DNA of 32,000 nucleotides from Pseudomonas aeruginosa (GTDB taxonomy: Bacteria; Pseudomonadota; Gammaproteobacteria; Pseudomonadales; Pseudomonadaceae). The DNA lies in the NCBI RefSeq assembly GCF_001457615.1, contig NZ_LN831024.1, positions 3,360,001-3,392,000 of the forward strand, read 5' to 3'. The notes below the pieces were generated by a model. The model was not told where the DNA came from. It ran no database searches and saw only the letters and a list, made by a program, of their open reading frames with translations. Each line of letters starts with the position of its first letter. Within the stretch, counting starts at the first letter, position 1. A program made the position numbers and the translations under genes. Shown here piece by piece: positions 21,709-29,761 of this stretch.

Positions 21709-23268
21709 TCAGTCGTAGCCGCGACGCTTGACTTCCAGGCGCCGGACGAACTCCTCCAGGACCAGCTTGTAGAGGTCGTCGCCGAGGTAGACATCTTCCA
21801 CCCCGCAGTCGATGTTCGGGTTGTCGTTCACCTCGATCACCACCACCTTGTCGCCGGCCTGCTTCAGGTCCACCCCGTAGAGGCCGTCGCCGATCAGATT
21901 GGCGGTCTTCACCGCCAGCTCCACCACCTTGCGCGGCGCCTCGTGCACGGGCATGGTGCGGAAATCGCCGCTGACCTCCTCGGCGTCCGGGCTGTGGTCG
22001 TAGATCTGCCAGTGGCCCTTGGACATGAAGTACTGGCAGGCGAAGATCGGCTTGCGGTTGAGCACGCCGATACGCCAGTCGTACTCGGTATAGAAGAACT
22101 CCTGGGCAAGGATCAGCACCGAGCGCTCGAACAGCTCGGCGCTGGCCGCCAGCAACTGCTCCTGGTCCTCCACCTTGATCACCCCGCGCGAGAAGCTGCC
22201 GTCGGGAATCTTCAGCACTAGCGGGAAGCCCAGGCGCTCGCCGACCTTCTCCAGTTCCTGCGGGTTCTCCTTGTAGAGAATCTCGGTGGCCGGCATGCCC
22301 AGCTTGTGGCTGCGCAGCAGGTCGGCCAGGTACACCTTGTTGGTGCAGCGCAGGATCGACACCGGGTCGTCCATCACCACCAACCCTTCGCTCTCGGCCT
22401 TCTTGGCGAAACGGTAGGTGTGATCGGCGACATTGGTGGTCTCGCGGATGAACAGCGCGTCGTACTCGGCGATCCGCGAATAGTCCTTGCGCTCGATCAG
22501 GTCGACGTCGATGCCGAGGCTGCGGCCGACCCGCACGAAGTTCTTCAGCGCCTTGGCGTCGGAGGGCGGGAACGCCTCGCCGGGGTCGTGGAGGATCGCC
22601 AGGTCGTAGCGGAACGGCTTGCGCGAACGCGGCTTGCGCCAGATCTGCCGACTGAAGCTGTCCAGGGCGTTGGCGAAGAGGTCTTCCTGGTCCTCGCGCA
22701 GCTTGTGGATGGCGCCGGGCTTGATGCCCTCGATGTGCCAGGTGCGGTTGCGCTTGAACTCCACCAGCAGCAACGGGCAGGGAAACGCCTCGAACAGTTG
22801 TCGCGCCAGGTCCTGCAGCGGCTCGATATCGGTACGGCCGAAATACAGGGTCAGGGTGAAACCATCGGTGCTGCCGTAGGGGTGCGCGGCCAGGGCCTTG
22901 TCCAGGGTGCGATCCAGATCTTCCAGGACCAGGCTGTACAGCGACTTCCTGGCCAGCTCGCTGATGGTCCGCACCGAGGGGATCACCTTGTGCCCGCGCG
23001 CCTCGGCGAGCAGCGAGCAGTAGTAGCCATGGCGCAGGTACTTGTAGTGCCGGCACAGGTTGATCACCTGGACCCGCTTGCCAGTGTCGTCGTCGATGGG
23101 CAGTTCCAGGTATTCCTGGGCGGTGACCACATCCTCGCTGGGGTAATAGGACGTCCAGTCTTCCTTGCGTTCCACGATGATGAACAGCTTGCTCACGACA
23201 CCTCCCGGGGTGACAGCGAAACCACGGCGCATTCGGAACCGGCTTGCCGGCGCACGCATCCCGGCCAA
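21709..23268 (-). CDS. RimK-like ATP-grasp ligase with additional N-terminal domain
   Basis: 519 aa; EKVGERLGFPLVLKIPDGSFSRGVIKV, GVDLKQAGDKVVVIEVNDNPNIDCGVED ATP-grasp motifs; ~220 aa N-terminal extension. Confidence 0.9.
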   Translation of the reverse strand: MAGMRAPASRFRMRRGFAVTPGGVVSKLFIIVERKEDWTSYYPSEDVVTAQEYLELPIDDDTGKRVQVINLCRHYKYLRHGYYCSLLAEARGHKVIPSVRTISELARKSLYSLVLEDLDRTLDKALAAHPYGSTDGFTLTLYFGRTDIEPLQDLARQLFEAFPCPLLLVEFKRNRTWHIEGIKPGAIHKLREDQEDLFANALDSFSRQIWRKPRSRKPFRYDLAILHDPGEAFPPSDAKALKNFVRVGRSLGIDVDLIERKDYSRIAEYDALFIRETTNVADHTYRFAKKAESEGLVVMDDPVSILRCTNKVYLADLLRSHKLGMPATEILYKENPQELEKVGERLGFPLVLKIPDGSFSRGVIKVEDQEQLLAASAELFERSVLILAQEFFYTEYDWRIGVLNRKPIFACQYFMSKGHWQIYDHSPDAEEVSGDFRTMPVHEAPRKVVELAVKTANLIGDGLYGVDLKQAGDKVVVIEVNDNPNIDCGVEDVYLGDDLYKLVLEEFVRRLEVKRRGYD

Positions 23269-23386
23269 TACTCGGCGGGAATCCCTTGCGAAACCGCTCT
23301 ATGGCGCCTGCCAGCAAACCGAAGCGTACAGCACCCATTACAGCACGCCCGCGCGGAAGTTCCCGCCCGCGGCCGTGGAGACCGCT

Positions 23387-24484
23387 ATGAACCTGACCCT
23401 CCGCCCGGCCGGTGTGGACGACCTGTCCGCCCTGGTCGAGCTGGAAAACCGCTGCTTCGACTACGATCGCCTGTCCCGCCGCAACTTCCAGTGGATGCTC
23501 ACCCGCGCCCACGCCAGCCTGACGGTAGCCGAGGGCGACGGCGGCGTGCTCGGCTACGCCCTGGTGCTGTTCCACGAAGGCACCTCGCTGGCCCGCCTCT
23601 ACTCCATCGCCATCGACCCGCGCGCCCGCGGCATCGGCCTCGGCCAGAAGCTGCTGGAAGCCGCCGAGCAGGCCGCGCGGGACAACGACCGCGCCTACAT
23701 GCGCCTGGAAGTGCGCCCGGACAACCGTGGCGCCATCGCCCTCTACGAGCGCAACGGCTACCGTCCCTTCGCCACCGTGCGCGACTACTACGAGGACCAC
23801 AGCGAAGCGCTGCGCTTCGAGAAACGCATCCGCAACCCCGGCCACGACCAGCGCCGCCACGTGCCCTTCTACCGGCAGACCACCGATTTCACCTGCGGCC
23901 CGGCCTGCCTGCTGATGGCCATGGGCGCACTGCAACCGGAACGCCAGTTGACCCGCAGCGAGGAACTGCGCCTGTGGCGCGAGGCGACCACCATCTACAT
24001 GACCGCCGGGCACGGCGGCTGTAGCCCCCAGGGCCTGGCGCTGGCCGCCTGGCGGCGCGGCTTCCGGGTCAAGCTGGTACTGTCCGCCGGCGGCCCGCTG
24101 TTCCTCGACGGCGTACGCAACGAAGACAAGAAGGCAGTGATGCGCCTGGTCCACGAGGACTTCTGCGAGGAACTGGACGCCTCGGGCGTCGAGCAGAAGC
24201 GCTCGGCCAGGCTCGACATCCCGCGTCAGCTGGCCAGGGGCGGCCAGCCGCTGGTGCTGATCAGCAGCTACCGCCTGACCCGCTCCAAGGCCCCGCACTG
24301 GGTGCTGGTCACCCACTACGACGAGGACTTCGTCTACCTCCACGATCCCGACGTCGACCACAGCCAGCACCGCCAGCCGCTGGATTGCCAGCACATCCCG
24401 GTAAGCCACGCCGAGTTCGACAAGATGAGCCGCTTCGGCCGCAGCAAGCTGCGCGCGGCGGTGATCCTGTTCAACCCGGAATGA
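23387..24484 (+). CDS. GNAT acetyltransferase - C39-like peptidase fusion
   Basis: 365 aa; N-terminal GNAT (ARLYSIAIDPRARGIGLGQKLLEAAEQAA...RLEVRPDNRGAIALYERNGY); C-terminal RQTTDFTCGPACLLMAMG and SKAPHWVLVTHYDEDFVYLHDPD peptidase motifs. Confidence 0.9.
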   Translation: MNLTLRPAGVDDLSALVELENRCFDYDRLSRRNFQWMLTRAHASLTVAEGDGGVLGYALVLFHEGTSLARLYSIAIDPRARGIGLGQKLLEAAEQAARDNDRAYMRLEVRPDNRGAIALYERNGYRPFATVRDYYEDHSEALRFEKRIRNPGHDQRRHVPFYRQTTDFTCGPACLLMAMGALQPERQLTRSEELRLWREATTIYMTAGHGGCSPQGLALAAWRRGFRVKLVLSAGGPLFLDGVRNEDKKAVMRLVHEDFCEELDASGVEQKRSARLDIPRQLARGGQPLVLISSYRLTRSKAPHWVLVTHYDEDFVYLHDPDVDHSQHRQPLDCQHIPVSHAEFDKMSRFGRSKLRAAVILFNPE

Positions 24485-24493
24485 TCCGCATCG

Positions 24494-24511
24494 CCCCGCC
24501 CTGCGGCGGGG
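24494..24511 (+). terminator. weak stem-loop after the GNAT-C39 gene
   Basis: CCCCGCC-CTGC-GGCGGGG, just downstream of the stop codon; poor T tract. Confidence 0.45.
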
Positions 24512-24641
24512 AGATGTTCTCGCCTATCAATCAATTCCATCGATAGTGGCTAGTGAGACTATCCATTTTTCATTCGCCAACGCCGATGTTTACATAGTCG
24601 CCAGATCCCCGAATAACCAGAACGGAACTGGAGACGACACC

Positions 24642-24776
24642 ATGAGCTACTCCGCCAAATCCTTCTCGGCCCTGATCAATGCCATGCGCGCCGACGGCAT
24701 CACCCGCCTGGAACAACTGGCCCGCCAGCCCTTCCGCAACGCCCAGGGCTTCTGGAGCGCGGAGGCGAAGAAATGA
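24642..24776 (+). CDS. 44-aa conserved-looking microprotein MSYSAKSFSALINAMRADGITRLEQLARQPFRNAQGFWSAEAKK
   Basis: ORF translated from 24642; preceded by GGAACTGGAGACGACACC with a purine-rich RBS; overlaps the next micro-ORF by ATGA. Confidence 0.65.
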   Translation: MSYSAKSFSALINAMRADGITRLEQLARQPFRNAQGFWSAEAKK

Positions 24777-24859
24777 AAGCCCTGCTCGACCGCCGTACCG
24801 ATCCCACCTGGATGCTCTACGCCGCAATCATCGCCTGGCTGGCCTTCTCCGGTCTCTGA
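24773..24859 (+). CDS. 28-aa single-TM microprotein MKALLDRRTDPTWMLYAAIIAWLAFSGL
   Basis: Read directly from sequence; ATG overlaps the stop of the 44-aa ORF (ATGA). Charged N-terminus then hydrophobic helix. Confidence 0.6.
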   Translation: MKALLDRRTDPTWMLYAAIIAWLAFSGL

Positions 24860-25086
24860 CCGGCAGGCCACCGGCGCCTCGCCCTGCCGTTCCACAACGC
24901 TCCGGCGTCCGCCTTTCTCCGGTGAAATACCGAGCTTTCGTCGCCAACATCGCCAGGCGAGGCCTGCGCAAACGTTTCACCCGTTCGCTGTCAAGAAAAC
25001 CTTGTCAAAAAAGCTGATAGCAGCTTGCCAATATGCCAACGCCTTGGCATAACGGTGCCCAAAAAAGGCCTACAAGGACGTTCCTG

Positions 25087-26982
25087 ATGCGCACCGTGAA
25101 AAAGGCTCTGCTGGTTGTCGGCGTGATCGTGCTGGCGGTCGTCGGGGTGGTGGTCTACTACGTCGCCAATCCCAACCTGCCCCACTACCAGGCGCCGAGC
25201 GAGGTACGCTACCTGCCGCAATGGCAGGACGAGGCCCGCCAGCGCTTCTACTACACGCCCCAGGGCACCCTGGTGAAGGGCCTGCACTACGACTGGTTCA
25301 CCGCCCTCGAACTGCCCTTCTCCGAAGAACCCTTCGCCGCCCCCGAATACCTCGCCCGCTTCGGCTTCCTCGTCGATCCGCAGCAGAAGGCCAGCGACCT
25401 CAACCCCGGCAACCTGCCGGTGGGCTTCAGCCAGCACCGCGACGAGAAGACCGGCACCCGCTACCTGGACATCACCTGCGCCGCCTGCCACACCGGCGAA
25501 CTGCGCTACCAGGGCAAGTCGCTGCGCATCGACGGCGGCGCCGCCATGCACTCCATCGCCGCCACCGTGCCGACCCTGCGCGGCGGCGCCTTCGGCCAGG
25601 CGCTCGGCGCGAGCATGGCCGCCACCTACTACAACCCGTTCAAGTTCAACCGCTTCGCCAGGAAAGTCCTCGGCGAACGCTACGAACAGGACAAGTCGCA
25701 ACTGCGCGCCGACTTCAAGGCCGTACTCGACACCCTCCTGCGCACCGCCTGGAACGACACCCGCCGCCACCTCTACCCCACCGAGGAAGGCCCCGGCCGC
25801 ACCGACGCCTTCGGGCGCATCGCCAACAGCGTCTTCGGCGATGCCATCGACCCGGGCAACTACCGCGTCGCCAACGCCCCGGTGAGCTATCCGCAGGTCT
25901 GGGACATCTGGAAATTCGACTGGGTGCAATGGAACGGCTCGGCCATGCAGCCGATGGCGCGCAATATCGGCGAGGCCCTCGGCGTCGGCGCGCGCCTGCA
26001 GATCTTCGACGAGCACGGCCAGCCGCTGCAGGGCGAGCAGCGCTACGCCTCCAGCGTACGCCTGCACGACCTGCACGCCCTGGAAGAAACCCTGCAACAA
26101 CTGAAACCACCGACCTGGCCGGAAGACCTCTTCGGCCGCATCGACCTGCAACGCGCCTCCCAGGGCCGCGCCCTGTTCGAAGCCAACTGCGCCTTCTGCC
26201 ATGCGCCCAAGGTGCAACCGGCGGAATACGCCGCCCCCGGACGCAATCCCGAGTGGCGCATGCACATGGTGCCGACCGAGGTGATCGGCACCGATCCGAC
26301 CACCGCCGACAACATCGCCGACCACCGCTACGACCTGCGCAAGCTCGGCTGGAGCGTCGACGAACTGGCGCGGATGAACGTCCAACTGATCGGCGCCGAT
26401 CCGCAGCAACTCGACCTCTCGCAACTGTCCTCGGCCAAGGGCCTGGCCTACATCACCGCCTTCGTCGAGCAGCGCGCCTACCGGGACGCCGGCATCCCGC
26501 CGGAACAGCAGAAGACCATGAACGGCTTCGACCTGCCGATCGGCGTACAGGAACTGCGCGCCTACAAGGCCCGCCCGCTGGACGGCGTCTGGGCGACCCC
26601 GCCGTTCCTGCACAACGGCTCGGTGCCCAACCTGTTCCAACTGCTCTCCCCGGCCGCCGAACGCTCGCCGCAGTTCTACGTCGGCACCTTCGAATTCGAT
26701 CCGAAATTCGTTGGATTCCGCACCGAGAAATTCCCCGGCGGCTTCCTCCTCGACACCCGTCTCACCGGCAACCGCAACAGCGGCCACGAATTCCGCGACG
26801 GCTGCCGGCAGAACGGCGTGATCGGCCGCGCCCTCAGCCCGGAAGAACGCTGGGCGCTGGTGGAATACCTGAAGGTGCTCGGCAACCCCGAATTCGAGCG
26901 CCGCCTGGTCCCGGCCCAGACCCCACCCTGGCCGCCCGGCCCGAAATGCCCGGCGCCGGAGCAACGGACCGCGCAACGCTGA
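25087..26982 (+). CDS. membrane-anchored diheme c-type cytochrome (RoxA/cytochrome-c-peroxidase-like superfamily)
   Basis: 631 aa; N-terminal hydrophobic anchor; CAACH and CAFCH heme motifs; FYYTPQGTLVKGLHYDWFTALE; GVWATPPFLHNGSVPNL. Confidence 0.88.
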   Translation: MRTVKKALLVVGVIVLAVVGVVVYYVANPNLPHYQAPSEVRYLPQWQDEARQRFYYTPQGTLVKGLHYDWFTALELPFSEEPFAAPEYLARFGFLVDPQQKASDLNPGNLPVGFSQHRDEKTGTRYLDITCAACHTGELRYQGKSLRIDGGAAMHSIAATVPTLRGGAFGQALGASMAATYYNPFKFNRFARKVLGERYEQDKSQLRADFKAVLDTLLRTAWNDTRRHLYPTEEGPGRTDAFGRIANSVFGDAIDPGNYRVANAPVSYPQVWDIWKFDWVQWNGSAMQPMARNIGEALGVGARLQIFDEHGQPLQGEQRYASSVRLHDLHALEETLQQLKPPTWPEDLFGRIDLQRASQGRALFEANCAFCHAPKVQPAEYAAPGRNPEWRMHMVPTEVIGTDPTTADNIADHRYDLRKLGWSVDELARMNVQLIGADPQQLDLSQLSSAKGLAYITAFVEQRAYRDAGIPPEQQKTMNGFDLPIGVQELRAYKARPLDGVWATPPFLHNGSVPNLFQLLSPAAERSPQFYVGTFEFDPKFVGFRTEKFPGGFLLDTRLTGNRNSGHEFRDGCRQNGVIGRALSPEERWALVEYLKVLGNPEFERRLVPAQTPPWPPGPKCPAPEQRTAQR

Positions 26983-27160
26983 ACCTGGGAAATGGAGAAG
27001 CGCGAGGCATGGCGCCGCCGCCCCTCTCCACCCCGAGCAGCCCCTCTCCCTTCAGGGGGGACGCCTGGCCAGAGGACGGGGAGAAGCAATCGTGGCGCAC
27101 TCCCCGCCCAAGAAGAATAAAAGCCCACAGCCAACGCACACCACCAAGGACACCCACTCC

Positions 27161-28300
27161 ATGCGCGCACTCCTCACCCACGCCTGGCTGTTCCTCGGCA
27201 AATGGCTCGGCCGCCTGCTCCTCCTGCTGCTGGCCGTCGGCCTCGGCGGCTGGGCCATCGGCAGCCTCTACTACGCCTGGAAATTCTCCGGCCCGGTGTC
27301 CGCGGAAGAGCAGATCGCCCCGGACGAAGCCCGCATCACCCAGGCGATCATCCAGGACGCCATCCGCGTGGTCGAACAGCACCGCGACAACACCCGCGTC
27401 CTGCGCGATGCCCACGCCAAGGCCCACGGCTGCGTGAAGGCCGAATTCAAGGTACGCGCCGACCTCGACCCAACCCTGCGTCGCGGCGTGTTCGCCGAAG
27501 CGGGCAAGAGCTGGAACGCCTGGGTGCGCTTCTCCAATGGCAACGCCTACCCGCAGTTCGACAGCAAGAACGACGCGCGCGGCATGGCCATCAAGCTGCT
27601 CGACGTGCCCGGCGAAAAACTCCTGCCCGGCCGCGGCCATGACGGCGAGCAGGACTTCGTCATGTTCAACCAGCCGGTGTTCTTCATCCGCGACATCGCC
27701 GAATACCGGCAGAACTTCGCCGCCCAGGCCGACGGCAAGAAAGCCCTGGCCTTCTTCCCCAACTGGAACCCCGCCAGTTGGGAACTGCGCCACCTGCTGA
27801 TCGCCCTGCGCACCCTCGCCCCCGCCCCGGACAGCCCGCTGCACGCCGGCTACAACGGCATCTCGCCGTACAAGCTGGGCGAACACAACATCAAGTTCCG
27901 CGTCGTCCCCGCCCCGGAGAAGTGCCCGGCCTACCAGCTACCGAAGCAGAACCAGGACCTGCCCAACTTCCTCCGCGCCGCCCTGTACCAGCAACTCTCC
28001 ATCGACCGCACCCCCGCCTGCTACGCCTTCCAGGTGCAGCGCCAGGACCCGGCCAAGTACATGCCCATCGAAGACACCAGCGTCGAATGGAAGGAGTCGG
28101 ACGCGCCCTTCGCTACCATAGCCGACATCATTGTGCCAGCTCAGGATTTCGATAGCCGGGAACAGAACCTGTTCTGTGACAACCTTTCGTTCAACCCCTG
28201 GCACGCGTTGCCGGAGCATCGGCCGATCGGCGGGATCAACCGGTTGCGGAAGGCGGTTTACGAGGCGGTCAGTGGGTATAGGTTGGGGAGGAATGGGTGA
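27161..28300 (+). CDS. membrane-anchored catalase-like heme protein
   Basis: 379 aa; N-terminal TM (LLLLLLAVGLGGWAIGSLYYAW); WVRFSNGNAYPQFDSKNDARGMAIKL and DFVMFNQPVFFIRDIAEY catalase-family motifs. Confidence 0.88.
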   Translation: MRALLTHAWLFLGKWLGRLLLLLLAVGLGGWAIGSLYYAWKFSGPVSAEEQIAPDEARITQAIIQDAIRVVEQHRDNTRVLRDAHAKAHGCVKAEFKVRADLDPTLRRGVFAEAGKSWNAWVRFSNGNAYPQFDSKNDARGMAIKLLDVPGEKLLPGRGHDGEQDFVMFNQPVFFIRDIAEYRQNFAAQADGKKALAFFPNWNPASWELRHLLIALRTLAPAPDSPLHAGYNGISPYKLGEHNIKFRVVPAPEKCPAYQLPKQNQDLPNFLRAALYQQLSIDRTPACYAFQVQRQDPAKYMPIEDTSVEWKESDAPFATIADIIVPAQDFDSREQNLFCDNLSFNPWHALPEHRPIGGINRLRKAVYEAVSGYRLGRNG

Positions 28301-28744
28301 GGGATTGGGTGGAAGGTAGCTGCGTATGGAGGCTCTTATTGGTATGGATTTCGCCAATCTGGACTGGCAGAAAACGGCCAGAAGCGGTCTCTCACCTATT
28401 CACCCAGCAGCTAAAAAACCGCAGGTTTGCGGTACTCGCATGTCCACCTCAACGTCTGCGCCAACCTCCAATTGCTTTGCTGTCTGACAGTCGCCATTCA
28501 GATTTCTGCCATTCTGTCTACGATATCAATGGCTTTTTCTTGCCCACTGCTAGCGATCCGGACTAATTTCGGAATGTTCCAAAACGACCAAACAGGGAAA
28601 GGACGCAATGACAGTAGCCTCCCCCCAGTTCTGACTCCAAAAAAACAGGTCTAACGGATCGACACTGGAGATTATGCGACACACCATCGCAATGGAGATT
28701 GTAATATACCGTATCAATGACAATTTAGGTTATGGGCGAGACTT

Positions 28745-29521
28745 ATGCCAAGTTTTGTTTGGGACAGAGACACAGAGGAAGCGTGGAGTGAACCCTATGA
28801 GTATGGTGGGCAGGAGCAGTTCCACCGAGAGGCTTATAAGGTTCTATCGCTAATAAAACTTCACTATGCAGAAAAAGATATGCACTTTGACCGAGATGAA
28901 AAAACTCTCGACAAAGCAATCTGGCTAATACAGATAGATGCTTTAGAAGCGCTAATTGATGCCTTGAAATTAACAGAGGAGAAGAGACACCGAATTGCCT
29001 CGCGCTTATTTCGTGATGCGGTCGAGACAATGGATATTTCGGCCTACTTTTATTTGGCTGGTGATGAAGCAAGGAAAGATCTCGCCAAATGGTACAATAA
29101 CGAAGTGATTCCACATAAGGTTTTTAGAGAATTTATAAAAAAGTATGAATGCCAAGATAAAGCTAAAAATTTAAGCAACCTTTATAGCGATCTCAGCAAG
29201 TATACACATCGGACATATAGCGCGATAACCAAAAGCTACCTGCTCGGCAGGAATAACAAAATTGCCTATGATGGATTTTCTGAGGCCGGCTTCAGGGTGC
29301 TTCCACACGTTATATCCCTTTCGTATGCAATAATCGCAGCATTGATAAAAAGATTTGTCACGATTGCCGAAAACAGCCAGCAAATTGATTCAGCCAAAAT
29401 TTGCGATATTTGGGCGGCATCATTGGAGCGAGAGACAGTACCGAGACGCTTTGGCCCAAGGCCAGGTCAGGTGCTCAGAAGTGCTCCTATAGCGTTTGAC
29501 CTGAGGTTGGATGAAGATTAA
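28745..29521 (+). CDS. hypothetical alpha-helical protein (possible DUF5677/HEPN-like fold)
   Basis: 258 aa predicted helical protein with SRLFRDAVETMDISAYFYLAG and LYSDLSKYTHRTYSAITKSY; family assignment tentative. Confidence 0.75.
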   Translation: MPSFVWDRDTEEAWSEPYEYGGQEQFHREAYKVLSLIKLHYAEKDMHFDRDEKTLDKAIWLIQIDALEALIDALKLTEEKRHRIASRLFRDAVETMDISAYFYLAGDEARKDLAKWYNNEVIPHKVFREFIKKYECQDKAKNLSNLYSDLSKYTHRTYSAITKSYLLGRNNKIAYDGFSEAGFRVLPHVISLSYAIIAALIKRFVTIAENSQQIDSAKICDIWAASLERETVPRRFGPRPGQVLRSAPIAFDLRLDED

Positions 29522-29761
29522 TTGAGTTGTCGCTACTTTTGCTGATGGATTGAGTGTCTGCTTTTGTCCGGTTGTTGCCTGTCACAATCGGTGGTTTGGG
29601 TCGATCTCAGCCTGTCATGACGGTTAGAGTTCGAACCGGAGCTGCCCTTCGCATAGGGTAGGCATCCTGCGAGACCGATCAGACAGCACAGTATCACTAC
29701 GCAATCACAAATGTTCCATTTATCTTTGAGTTGGGTCTGCTCACGCCAAGGATTTTGCCGC

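Noticed and set aside
21608-24409. 933-aa minus-strand ORF
   Set aside because: It overlaps the ATP-grasp gene out of frame and runs antisense to the GNAT-C39 gene. No domain motifs.
24991-26976. 661-aa minus-strand ORF opposite the cytochrome
   Set aside because: The cytochrome on the plus strand has two heme motifs and a plausible anchor; the opposite frame is a shadow ORF.
25221-27437. 738-aa plus-strand ORF overlapping the cytochrome and catalase-like genes
   Set aside because: Arg/Pro/His-rich out-of-frame translation with no recognisable domain; competing in-frame genes are strongly supported.
28300-28744. Search for a transposase or integrase explaining the insertion
   Set aside because: Only short ORFs of 62-89 aa are present, without integrase or transposase motifs, so no mobile element is called.
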